From Anaerovoracaceae bacterium (GTDB lineage: Bacteria; Bacillota; Clostridia; Peptostreptococcales; Anaerovoracaceae): a DNA stretch of 64,000 nt. Each line of letters begins with the position of its first letter. The first letter of the stretch is position 1. Both the position numbers and the translations under genes were made by a program. Of the stretch, positions 30,414 to 38,441 are shown piece by piece. The stretch covers positions 34,250-98,249 of the forward strand of contig JBJFHL010000062.1 of assembly GCA_051893555.1 (NCBI GenBank), read 5' to 3'. The notes under the pieces are model-generated. The model worked only from the letters and a program-made list of their open reading frames with translations. It searched no databases and was not told the origin of the DNA.

Positions 30414-31064
30414 ATGGAAGAGAGTAAAGCATTGGGACATGATGATGCGTCCGGTTTTTTATTCGCAAAGGAAATGCTGAACGGGGATGTTACAGCGGCT
30501 GTAAACTTCGATCGACTTATGAAGCATCCCAGGGAGGGATTTATTATCATGGAGTATCTGCTTTGCGAAGAAGACCAGATGGAAAAGCACAATACGACAC
30601 CATATACAAGCCATCCAAACAAATATTGGAATAAAAACAAAAGAAAATTTCTTTCGCTATGGAGAGCTGCACTGGATTTACATGGTTCACTGTATTTGGT
30701 GAATTACGCGAAAAAAGGAACAAAATTTGAAGATCAGATTCTCTGTATTAAAGTAAAAGGAATGAATGAGTACGGAATCTTTGAACAGGAAACGAAAAAA
30801 TATACCCGTGCTTCATTTCAGGCATGGTTCAGAGCGCTGAACCGGGAATGCCTGGGGCCGGAGGATGAGATCCTTGCGAAACAACCGATATACATCAGAA
30901 ACGGTTTTTACCATTCCAACAACAAGTGCAGTTTTTTAAGAGGAAAAAAGGACTACTCCTGCTGCGATATCCATGATGAATGGTATTACAGTAATTACAC
31001 ATATTGCAGAGAGTGTTATCCAAATGGGATATGTGATAAAATGGAAAATACAAAAACTCCCTAA
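30414..31064 (+). CDS. hypothetical protein, Cys/His-rich C-terminus, coupled to the REase gene
   Basis: ATG at 30414 sits 7 nt after an AGGAGGGA embedded in the REase 3' end, and 4 nt after the REase stop. 216 aa. No family recognised. C-terminus CSFLRGKKDYSCCDIHDEWYYSNYTYCRECYPNGIC. Confidence 0.6.
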   Translation: MEESKALGHDDASGFLFAKEMLNGDVTAAVNFDRLMKHPREGFIIMEYLLCEEDQMEKHNTTPYTSHPNKYWNKNKRKFLSLWRAALDLHGSLYLVNYAKKGTKFEDQILCIKVKGMNEYGIFEQETKKYTRASFQAWFRALNRECLGPEDEILAKQPIYIRNGFYHSNNKCSFLRGKKDYSCCDIHDEWYYSNYTYCRECYPNGICDKMENTKTP

Positions 31065-31110
31065 ACTATGACATTTAAGCCCTAAAAAACGACATTTTTG
31101 AAAAAAAGTT

Positions 31111-31138
31111 TTGCTTTTTCCTGAAAAATCCATATAAT
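31111..31138 (+). promoter_or_regulatory. putative promoter for the paralogous gene pair
   Basis: TTGCTT, 16-nt spacer, TATAAT, followed by a hairpin-rich leader of about 140 nt. Confidence 0.4.
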
Positions 31139-31284
31139 CTGAACCACAGGACCGGTTCAGACCGACGGAGGAATTTCCCGTCTGTGCTGACGAGTGACAG
31201 ATGGAAAAGTCCTGACGTGCAGGTCTGCCGGTCTGTTATATTTTGCGCAGAAAAAGAGGGAAAGCAGAAAGGGGAGAGCAAACC

Positions 31285-32175
31285 TTGAACTACGAAAGCT
31301 TCAAAAAGGAAATACAGAAACAGATCCTGGATCATCTGCCGGAAGGCAAAGAAGGGTGGACTGTAAAAATGGAACAGATTCGAAAGGTGAACCGGCTGCT
31401 GGACGGCATGATCCTTATGCCGCCGAATTACGCACAACCGCCTTATGGTGTGGGACTGACATTTTACATGGAGGAATATTTTGAACTGTATCGAAAGGGT
31501 ACGCCAATCGAAAAAATTCTGGAAGAGATTGCACGGATGACCAAAGAGTATGTGCCGTCAGAGCAACTGACGGATTCATTCTTTCATCCGGAAAAAGTAA
31601 AAAATCAGATCATTATGGAACTGATCCACCGGCAGCGGAACCGGAAACTTCTGGAGACATTGCCGCATCGGGATTTTCTGGATCTGGCGGTGATCTACCG
31701 AATCCTGATGAAGGACGAGGAGCGAGGGTATTATTGCTCGACGGTAAACTATGAAATGATGAAGCTGCTTGCGATGACGGAGGAGAGGCTGTATCAGGCT
31801 GCACGCGAATATATGCCGGCGGAGCTGCCGTTCGCTGCACGGAATTTTGAAAATAAATTCATGATCATTTCCAACCTGCGTGAGATGTTCGGCGCGTCGG
31901 TACTGCTGTTTCCGAATGTGCTGGATCAGGTATGTGAGGAGCTTGGCGGAAATCTGTATATTCTGCCGGCTTCCGGAAATAAGATCTGCGTGGAAAGAGA
32001 AAATCCGAAGCGGCTTGGAGAAATGCAAAAAATGCTGAGAGATTTTTATCATATGAGCAATGATCCGGATGATATGCTTTCCGATCAGGTCTACTTTTAC
32101 CGATGGCATTCCGGACAGGTTGAGATTATGCCGGATGCAGCGGATTTTAAGGATGAGGAAGGAGGAAGAGAATGA
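31285..32175 (+). CDS. hypothetical protein, DUF5688-like (paralog 1)
   Basis: TTG start 8 nt after GGGGAG gives MNYESFKKEIQ, parallel to the paralog's MISYERFRQEV. Shared blocks PHR.FLDLAVIYRI and YILP. The family name is from memory only. Confidence 0.6.
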   Translation: MNYESFKKEIQKQILDHLPEGKEGWTVKMEQIRKVNRLLDGMILMPPNYAQPPYGVGLTFYMEEYFELYRKGTPIEKILEEIARMTKEYVPSEQLTDSFFHPEKVKNQIIMELIHRQRNRKLLETLPHRDFLDLAVIYRILMKDEERGYYCSTVNYEMMKLLAMTEERLYQAAREYMPAELPFAARNFENKFMIISNLREMFGASVLLFPNVLDQVCEELGGNLYILPASGNKICVERENPKRLGEMQKMLRDFYHMSNDPDDMLSDQVYFYRWHSGQVEIMPDAADFKDEEGGRE

Positions 32176-33161
32176 TCAGCTACGAAAGATTTCGTCAGGA
32201 AGTCATGAACCGGATAAAGTCCTATCTGCCGGAAAGCTATGCAGGATGGAAACTGCGTATGGAAACCGAATATAAGATCAATCAGATTCTGGACTGTCTT
32301 ACCCTGTATCCGCCGGGAAATCTGAAACTGACTGCAGTCCCCCAATTCTATCTGCAGGAGTATTATCAATTGTATCTGAAGGGGGTCTCTGCAGATTTTA
32401 TACTGCGTATGATCGCTTCACGAATTGAAAATGTACCATCTCCCGAAGAGGTGGAACAGTCCGGTTTCGATATTCTGAAATTTCAGGACAGTGTGGTAAT
32501 GCAGCTTGTTCATCGGTTTCGAAATCATGTATTTCTGAAAAGCGTGCCGCACCGTCCATTTCTGGATCTGGCGGTGATCTATCGAATCATGGTTTTCGAT
32601 GAAAAGGGAAAGTGGGCAGGTGCTGTGATCAATCACACCATGCTGAACGCCATGGGAATTTCGGAGGAGAAACTGTTTGAACGGGCATACAGACATACTC
32701 CCGAGGCGCTTCCGTTTCAGCTGACAGATACCCGGGAATTGCTGCCGTGTAAGGGAATCTGTCGGGAGGATTGTACTGCGGATTGCGGGGAGAACTGCTG
32801 CAAAGTGCTGCAGAAGTATGCAGACACAGGCGAAGATGGGAAAAACACTTTCGCATGTATATTGCGGGAACAGAAAACGAAAATGCTTATGCTGTCCAAT
32901 GAAAGTGAACAGTTCGGTGCTGCTGCCATGTTATATCCGGAGCAGCTCAATGCGGCATGTGACAAGCTGGACGGCAGCATATACATCCTCCCTGGCAGCA
33001 TGCATGAACTGTATCTTGTCCGTGAAGAGCCGGAGAAACTGGGATTTTACCGGAAACTGGTCATGCATGCGGGAAGTGATGTGGTGGACGAGACGGATTG
33101 GCTGTCTGAACAGGTGTACCGATACAATCCGAAAACCGGGAAGGTGCGAGTGGCATTATAG
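32172..33161 (+). CDS. hypothetical protein, DUF5688-like (paralog 2) with a Cys-rich insertion
   Basis: ATGA start/stop overlap with paralog 1. Blocks PHRPFLDLAVIYRI and YILPGSMHELYLV. Insertion CKGICREDCTADCGENCC. Confidence 0.6.
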   Translation: MISYERFRQEVMNRIKSYLPESYAGWKLRMETEYKINQILDCLTLYPPGNLKLTAVPQFYLQEYYQLYLKGVSADFILRMIASRIENVPSPEEVEQSGFDILKFQDSVVMQLVHRFRNHVFLKSVPHRPFLDLAVIYRIMVFDEKGKWAGAVINHTMLNAMGISEEKLFERAYRHTPEALPFQLTDTRELLPCKGICREDCTADCGENCCKVLQKYADTGEDGKNTFACILREQKTKMLMLSNESEQFGAAAMLYPEQLNAACDKLDGSIYILPGSMHELYLVREEPEKLGFYRKLVMHAGSDVVDETDWLSEQVYRYNPKTGKVRVAL

Positions 33162-33190
33162 CGTCTGACGGATCATGAAAGGACGCCGGC

Positions 33191-33841
33191 TTAAAGCAGG
33201 CGTCCTATGGCTTCCGGAAGATCCCGGATCTCTTGTATTACTGTATTCGCTTCGCAAAATTCATCCTCTCGGCCGTATCCGTAGTTGCAGGCAATGGAGA
33301 GTAACCCGTGCTTTTCTGCGACCTGCATATCGTGAAACCGGTCTCCGATGACAATGTAAGGACCGGGATGATCCTTTTGAATCCGAAGGAAGATTTCATA
33401 TTTCGGCATGTAATCATAGTCTTCGCTGCAGTAAAATCCATCGAAATACCGTTCCAGACCGAAGGCGGACTGATGTTGTTTCATATAGGCTTTTTTACAG
33501 TTACTGAGGAAGAGCAGGCAGTGTCCGGCGTTTTTCAGCTGCAGCAAGGTCTCTTCAGTGCCGGGGAAAAGGCGCGCCTGCCCTTCTGCGATGCGCCGTA
33601 CCATTTCTGCAGTGACAACTGCACTGGCATCCATGAGCCTGCTCCAGGGCTGATTCGGAAGGAGGGTTGTCCACATTTCTTTCGGTGAATACCCAAGCCA
33701 GCTTTTGATCTCCTCGTCCGTGAAGTCCCGGTCCGGAGCCAGTCCGCGCTGCACCAGGGTGCGGTATGCCAGCCGGAAGGCAGGAATATAGATATGGGCT
33801 GTATCATGGAGTGTTCCATCGTAGTCAAAGAGAAGATTCAT
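33191..33841 (-). CDS. HAD-superfamily phosphatase
   Basis: Motif I FDYDGTLHDT, motif II LSN, C-terminal GD..HD. Lies 12 nt downstream of ribH on the same strand. Confidence 0.85.
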   Translation of the reverse strand: MNLLFDYDGTLHDTAHIYIPAFRLAYRTLVQRGLAPDRDFTDEEIKSWLGYSPKEMWTTLLPNQPWSRLMDASAVVTAEMVRRIAEGQARLFPGTEETLLQLKNAGHCLLFLSNCKKAYMKQHQSAFGLERYFDGFYCSEDYDYMPKYEIFLRIQKDHPGPYIVIGDRFHDMQVAEKHGLLSIACNYGYGREDEFCEANTVIQEIRDLPEAIGRLL

Positions 33842-33853
33842 TTTAATGTGCCT

Positions 33854-34330
33854 TTAACCTTCGATGGACCGGATCAGGTTGACCATTTCAATGGCACCTT
33901 CCGCGCATTCGCTGCCCTTGTTTCCAGCTTTCGTACCGGCACGTTCGATGGCCTGCTCGATGTTTTCGGTGGTCAGAACACCGAACATGACAGGAATGCT
34001 GCTGTTTAAGGATACCTGCGCGATGCCCTTGGATACTTCGCTGCAGACATAGTCATAATGGGATGTATTTCCGCGGATCACAGCACCCAGACAGATGATC
34101 GCGTCGTACTTTCCGGTCTGTGCCATCTTGGAAGCGATGAGGGGAATTTCAAACGCGCCAGGCACCCATGCAACATCGATATCATCTTCTTTTACATCAT
34201 GGCGCTGCAGAGTATCGATGGCGCCGGACAGAAGCTTGGATGTGATAAATTCGTTGAATCGTGCGGCAACAATGCCGATTCTGGTGTTTCGGGAGACTAA
34301 TTTTCCTTCGTAAATGTTCATAGTTTTCAT
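33854..34330 (-). CDS. ribH: 6,7-dimethyl-8-ribityllumazine synthase
   Basis: 158 aa. Motifs [17 protein letters not shown] and LGAVIRG.T.HYDYV. Confidence 0.93.
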   Translation of the reverse strand: MKTMNIYEGKLVSRNTRIGIVAARFNEFITSKLLSGAIDTLQRHDVKEDDIDVAWVPGAFEIPLIASKMAQTGKYDAIICLGAVIRGNTSHYDYVCSEVSKGIAQVSLNSSIPVMFGVLTTENIEQAIERAGTKAGNKGSECAEGAIEMVNLIRSIEG

Positions 34331-34377
34331 TCCTTTCGTCTTGCTTTTTTCGTGGTGTTCTATTTTTGAGTTTCCGC

Positions 34378-35583
34378 TTAGTATTGAAGCAAATGGCCCA
34401 TTTTTTCCTGTTTTGTTTTCAGGTAGAACAGGTCATGGGTATTGGCGGCGATCTGAATCGGAACGCGCTCGATGATTTCCATACCGAAATCTTTCAGCTG
34501 ATAGACCTTATCCGGGTTGTTTGTCAGAAGGCGTAGGGTTTTCGCACCCAGATCCTGCAGGATCTGGGCACCGATGAAGTATTCCCGCAGGTCGCCTGCG
34601 AAACCGAGGGCCAGGTTGGCTTCCAGGGTATCCATTCCCTGATCCTGCAGCTCATAAGCGCGCAGTTTGTTGATCAGACCGATTCCACGGCCTTCCTGGC
34701 GCATGTACAGGAGAATACCGCGGCCTTCTGCATTGATCTGCTGCATGGCAGCTGCGAACTGCTGTCCGCAGTCACAGCGCTGGGAGCCGAAGGCATCGCC
34801 GGTAAGACACTCGGAATGTACCCGGCAGAGCAGGTTTTCACCGCTTCCTATATCACCCTTGACCAGTGCCACATGGTGTTCACCATTTAACTTGTTCACA
34901 TAGCCGTAGGCGACGAAGTCGCCGTAGCGTGTCGGCATTTTTGTTTTTGCTACCTGTTCCACCAGCTTTTCGTGTTTCTTCCGGTATTCCTGCAGCGCTT
35001 TGACGGAAATAAATTTAATCCCGTATTTTTTTGCAAGCTCCTTCAGTTCCGGTGTGCGCATCATGGTGCCGTCTTCCCGCATGATCTCACAGCAGAGACC
35101 GCATTCTTTCAGTCCCGCCAGGCGCATCAGGTCTACCGTGGCTTCCGTATGACCGTTTCGTTCCAGAACGCCGTTCTTCTTGGCCAGAAGCGGGAACATA
35201 TGGCCGGGTCGCCGGAAATCATCTGCTCTGGCGCCTTCGCTGACACACATTCTGGCAGTATAGCCGCGCTCCTCCGCGGAGATACCGGTGGTGGTGTTTA
35301 CATGGTCGATGGAGACCGTAAAAGCAGTACAATGATTATCTGTGTTGTAGTCCACCATCTGCGGCAGCTGCAGCTTCTGGCAGTAGTAGCTGCTCATGGG
35401 CATACAGATCAGACCTTTTCCGTGAACAGCCATAAAGTTTACATTTTCCGTGGTGGCATATTCTGCTGCACAGATGAAATCGCCTTCATTTTCTCTGTCC
35501 GGATCGTCCGTGCAGAGGATAATCTTTCCCTGCCGCAGATCTTCCAGGGCTTCCTCAATGGTGTTGAATCTGAAATCTTCCAT
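34378..35583 (-). CDS. ribBA: bifunctional 3,4-dihydroxy-2-butanone-4-phosphate synthase / GTP cyclohydrolase II
   Basis: Motifs DRENEGDFI and [20 protein letters not shown]. Start set at the ATG giving [13 protein letters not shown]. The 5' extension of the ORF overlaps ribE. Confidence 0.93.
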   Translation of the reverse strand: MEDFRFNTIEEALEDLRQGKIILCTDDPDRENEGDFICAAEYATTENVNFMAVHGKGLICMPMSSYYCQKLQLPQMVDYNTDNHCTAFTVSIDHVNTTTGISAEERGYTARMCVSEGARADDFRRPGHMFPLLAKKNGVLERNGHTEATVDLMRLAGLKECGLCCEIMREDGTMMRTPELKELAKKYGIKFISVKALQEYRKKHEKLVEQVAKTKMPTRYGDFVAYGYVNKLNGEHHVALVKGDIGSGENLLCRVHSECLTGDAFGSQRCDCGQQFAAAMQQINAEGRGILLYMRQEGRGIGLINKLRAYELQDQGMDTLEANLALGFAGDLREYFIGAQILQDLGAKTLRLLTNNPDKVYQLKDFGMEIIERVPIQIAANTHDLFYLKTKQEKMGHLLQY

Positions 35584-35599
35584 AATCTCGTTTCCTTTC

Positions 35600-36253
35600 T
35601 TAAAATCCGTATGTTTCAATGAAATCCATGGTAATAGATGAAGTGTCTTTTTTCGGTCGGATCTCTGCAGGCTGCAGCAGTTTCTCCACATATTTGCCGA
35701 TGATATCATTTTCCAGATTAACCATATCGCCCGCCTTTCGTCGGGAAAGGGTGGTCTGTGCTGCGGTATGGGGGATGATGGAAACACTGAAATCTCTACG
35801 GGTAACAGCTGCTACCGTCAGGCTGATTCCATCGATGGTGATGGAACCTTTTTCAATGATGTACCGAAGGATGGCAGGCGATGCATTGATCGTATACCAG
35901 ACTGCAATATCATCCTGACGAATTGCAGCAATGGTTCCTGTACCATCGATGTGTCCCGATACAATGTGGCCGCCGAATCTTCCACCAGCTGCCATTGCAC
36001 GCTCCAGATTTACCGGGCTTCCCTGACGGAGATTTCCCAGTGATGAACGGTTCAGTGTCTCATGCATGACGTCTGCAGTGAAATAACTGCTGCCGTGGGA
36101 AGTGACGGTCAGGCAGACGCCATTTACAGCAATGCTGTCTCCATCTTTTACGTCTTCCAAAACTTTTGCAGCCTGAATCGTAAGAAGGGAACTTGCCGGG
36201 CCGTGCTGTACAGCCTGAATGATTCCGATTTCTTCTATGATTCCTGTAAACAA
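35600..36253 (-). CDS. ribE: riboflavin synthase alpha chain
   Basis: N-terminus [10 protein letters not shown] and a duplicated lumazine-binding repeat ([13 protein letters not shown] / [12 protein letters not shown]). Confidence 0.92.
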   Translation of the reverse strand: MFTGIIEEIGIIQAVQHGPASSLLTIQAAKVLEDVKDGDSIAVNGVCLTVTSHGSSYFTADVMHETLNRSSLGNLRQGSPVNLERAMAAGGRFGGHIVSGHIDGTGTIAAIRQDDIAVWYTINASPAILRYIIEKGSITIDGISLTVAAVTRRDFSVSIIPHTAAQTTLSRRKAGDMVNLENDIIGKYVEKLLQPAEIRPKKDTSSITMDFIETYGF

Positions 36254-37365
36254 GGAAGGATCACCTCACTTTCCAGCAAAATATCTCCATCAAAGGTTTG
36301 TATGGACGGCGGCGCCAGATGAACGCAGGCCTGGGGATCCGGAAATCCCTGGCCGCCGATGGGACTGCGGGCCGTGTCACCGCCCAACAGCTTCGGGGCG
36401 ATATAGGTCTGCACCAGATGGACCTGACCGGAGGAAAGGGCTGCCCAGTTCAGGCGGCTTCCGCCCTCCAGAAGGATGCTGTCGATGCCTCTGTTTCCCA
36501 GCTCCTTCATCAGTGCAGGAAGGGAAAGGTGTCCATCTTCTCCGATCGGGATGAAGATAACCTGGCAGCCTGCTGATTCGAGTGCAGCCGTTTTTACTGC
36601 CATTTCCGGATCAAACGTTATCCCTGCAGCGATGATCGTCGGTACTTCTGCCGCTGTCGATACAATTCGGGCTGAGCGGGGAATCTGCAGATGGGTATCA
36701 CAGATGATCCGAACCGGATTCCTGCCGCCTTCGATCCGGCAGGTAAGCAGGGGATCATCCGCCAGAACCGTACCGATGCCAACCATGATTGCGGTATAGC
36801 GGTTACGGTCTTTCTGCACATTTTTTCTTGCGGCCTCCCCGGTAATCCACTGTGATGCACCGGTATATGCTGCAATCTTTCCATCCAGGGTCATGGCATA
36901 TTTCATGACGACATAGGGGGTATGGCAGGTGATATAGTGAAAGAAGACACGGTTGAGACGGTCGCACTGTGCTTTCTGTACACCGCTTACCACTTCAATA
37001 CCGTGGTCCCGAAGAATCTGCAGACCTTTTCCAGCCACCAGTGGGTTGGGATCATCGGAGCCGGTCACGACGCGGGATATGCCTGCTTCGATGATGGCAT
37101 CGGTGCAGGGAGGCGTCTTGCCATGATGGCAGCAGGGCTCCAGTGTTACGTAGATAGACGCGCCTGCAGGATCTTCTCCACGTCTTCTGCAGTCAGCCAG
37201 GGCGTTGCGTTCTGCATGGAGTCCGCCATACTTTGCATGCCAGCCTTCGCCAATGATTTTCCCGTCTTTGACGATGACTGCACCCACCAGGGGATTGGGG
37301 CTCACATGGCCTGCACCTTTTTCCGCCAGAGAAAGGGCAAGCTGCATATAGGTTTCGTCAGACAT
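36235..37365 (-). CDS. ribD: bifunctional diaminohydroxyphosphoribosylaminopyrimidine deaminase / 5-amino-6-(5-phosphoribosylamino)uracil reductase
   Basis: Deaminase zinc motifs HAERNAL and PCCHHGKTPPC, followed by the reductase domain. ATG at 37365 follows AGGAGG. Confidence 0.92.
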   Translation of the reverse strand: MSDETYMQLALSLAEKGAGHVSPNPLVGAVIVKDGKIIGEGWHAKYGGLHAERNALADCRRRGEDPAGASIYVTLEPCCHHGKTPPCTDAIIEAGISRVVTGSDDPNPLVAGKGLQILRDHGIEVVSGVQKAQCDRLNRVFFHYITCHTPYVVMKYAMTLDGKIAAYTGASQWITGEAARKNVQKDRNRYTAIMVGIGTVLADDPLLTCRIEGGRNPVRIICDTHLQIPRSARIVSTAAEVPTIIAAGITFDPEMAVKTAALESAGCQVIFIPIGEDGHLSLPALMKELGNRGIDSILLEGGSRLNWAALSSGQVHLVQTYIAPKLLGGDTARSPIGGQGFPDPQACVHLAPPSIQTFDGDILLESEVILPCLQES

Positions 37366-37413
37366 GTTATAACCTCCTGACACCCTGCCAGCGCCGGCAG
37401 GGTGGATTTTGTC

Positions 37414-37449
37414 AAGAAAAAAAGCTCTGAACAAAAATGCTCAGAGCTC
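37414..37449 (-). terminator. FMN-riboswitch expression-platform terminator
   Basis: On the minus strand: gagctctga-loop-tcagagct followed by TTTTTTT, between the aptamer and ribD. Confidence 0.7.
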
Positions 37450-37494
37450 ATGAAAAAACAAAAACAAAAATTCCGGCAACCAAATGCCGTTTCT

Positions 37495-37610
37495 TTGCCT
37501 TCTTCCATCCAGACTATACTGTCGGTACCGGAGTTGCACCGGTTCCTGCGCTGCTGCGCTCGCGGACTTTACCGCCGATCGGGAATTTCACCCTGCCCTG
37601 AAGACATTCT
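37495..37610 (-). promoter_or_regulatory. FMN riboswitch (RFN element) aptamer
   Basis: The minus strand reads CUUCAGGGCAGGGUGAAAUUCCCGAUCGGCGGUAAAGUCCGCGAGC...GGUGCAACUCCGGUACCGACAGUAUAGUCUGGAUGGAAGAAG. This is the canonical RFN core, located upstream of ribD. Confidence 0.92.
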
Positions 37611-37772
37611 GTGATTCACTTGTATTTCTAACTGTCTTTTATGCTACCACTCCGGATAGAGATTGTCAAGAGAGGAACGAAAAAAATCTGCAGGGCGGCT
37701 GTGGGCATACTGCAGCGGGGAATGTGCATACTATGGAATACAGAATTTATGAAAGATACAGGAGGAAGTGGA

Positions 37773-38369
37773 ATGGGAACTGATTTTATGAACAGCGAAA
37801 CGAAGGTGAACCTGATGCGTGCATTTGCAGGAGAGAGCCAGGCGCGGAACCGGTATACCTTTGCAGCAGATAAGATGAAAAAGCAGAACCTGCAGGTGCT
37901 GGAGCAGGTATTTCTCTTTACGGCAGGGCAGGAGAAGGAGCATGCAGAAATCTTTTATAACCATCTGAAGGATCTGGCAGGGGAAACGATTCTGATGGAA
38001 GGGGGATATCCTGTGGATCCGTCGGATACGGCCGCACAGCTGCCTCGCAGTGCGCAGAGCAACGAGTATGAAGAATGGGAGACCGTATATCAGGCCTTTG
38101 GAGACAAGGCAGTGGAGGAGGGATTTCTTCCGGTGGCCACGTCTTTTTATCGGATTGCGGAGATTGAAAAGACCCATGGTGACCGGTTCGGTATGTTTGC
38201 GGATCTGCTGGAGTCGGGAAAGCTTTTCGCGGCGGATGAGCCGACCCGGTGGATGTGTCTGAATTGCGGACATATTCACACAGGAATGGATGCACCGGAA
38301 ATCTGCCCGGTGTGTCATCATCCACAGGGGTATTTCATTCGGGTGGAGCAGGCACCGTATACCGATTAG
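37773..38369 (+). CDS. rbr: rubrerythrin
   Basis: Di-iron four-helix motifs (ESQARNRY, EKEHAEIF, E..H) plus a C-terminal rubredoxin-like CLNCGH...CPVCHHP. ATG at 37773 follows AGGAGG. Confidence 0.88.
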   Translation: MGTDFMNSETKVNLMRAFAGESQARNRYTFAADKMKKQNLQVLEQVFLFTAGQEKEHAEIFYNHLKDLAGETILMEGGYPVDPSDTAAQLPRSAQSNEYEEWETVYQAFGDKAVEEGFLPVATSFYRIAEIEKTHGDRFGMFADLLESGKLFAADEPTRWMCLNCGHIHTGMDAPEICPVCHHPQGYFIRVEQAPYTD

Positions 38370-38394
38370 AAGCGTTACCGTGAAGCATAAAAGT

Positions 38395-38436
38395 GAAAAC
38401 GCTCCCGACAGCATGACCTGCGAGAGCGTTTTTTCC
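38395..38436. terminator. terminator between rubrerythrin and the PepD-like gene
   Basis: Stem aacgctc/gagcgtt with a TTTTTT tail, between convergent genes. Confidence 0.6.
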
Positions 38437-38441
38437 TTTGT

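Noticed and set aside
30414-31064. Idea that the third gene is a BspD6I-type small catalytic subunit
   Set aside because: Not adopted as the call. The protein lacks the E.D...EC[ST]...V.RH core shared by the large subunit and, as I recall it, by the BspD6I small subunit. It is kept only as a testable hypothesis in the findings.
31187-31212. Hammerhead-ribozyme-like core CUGACGAG ... GAAA in the leader before the paralog pair
   Set aside because: I could not build stem II between CUGACGA and GAAA. The 10 intervening nt GUGACAGAUG do not self-pair, and there is no G10.1-C11.1 pair. No stem III/cleavage-site arrangement is visible either.
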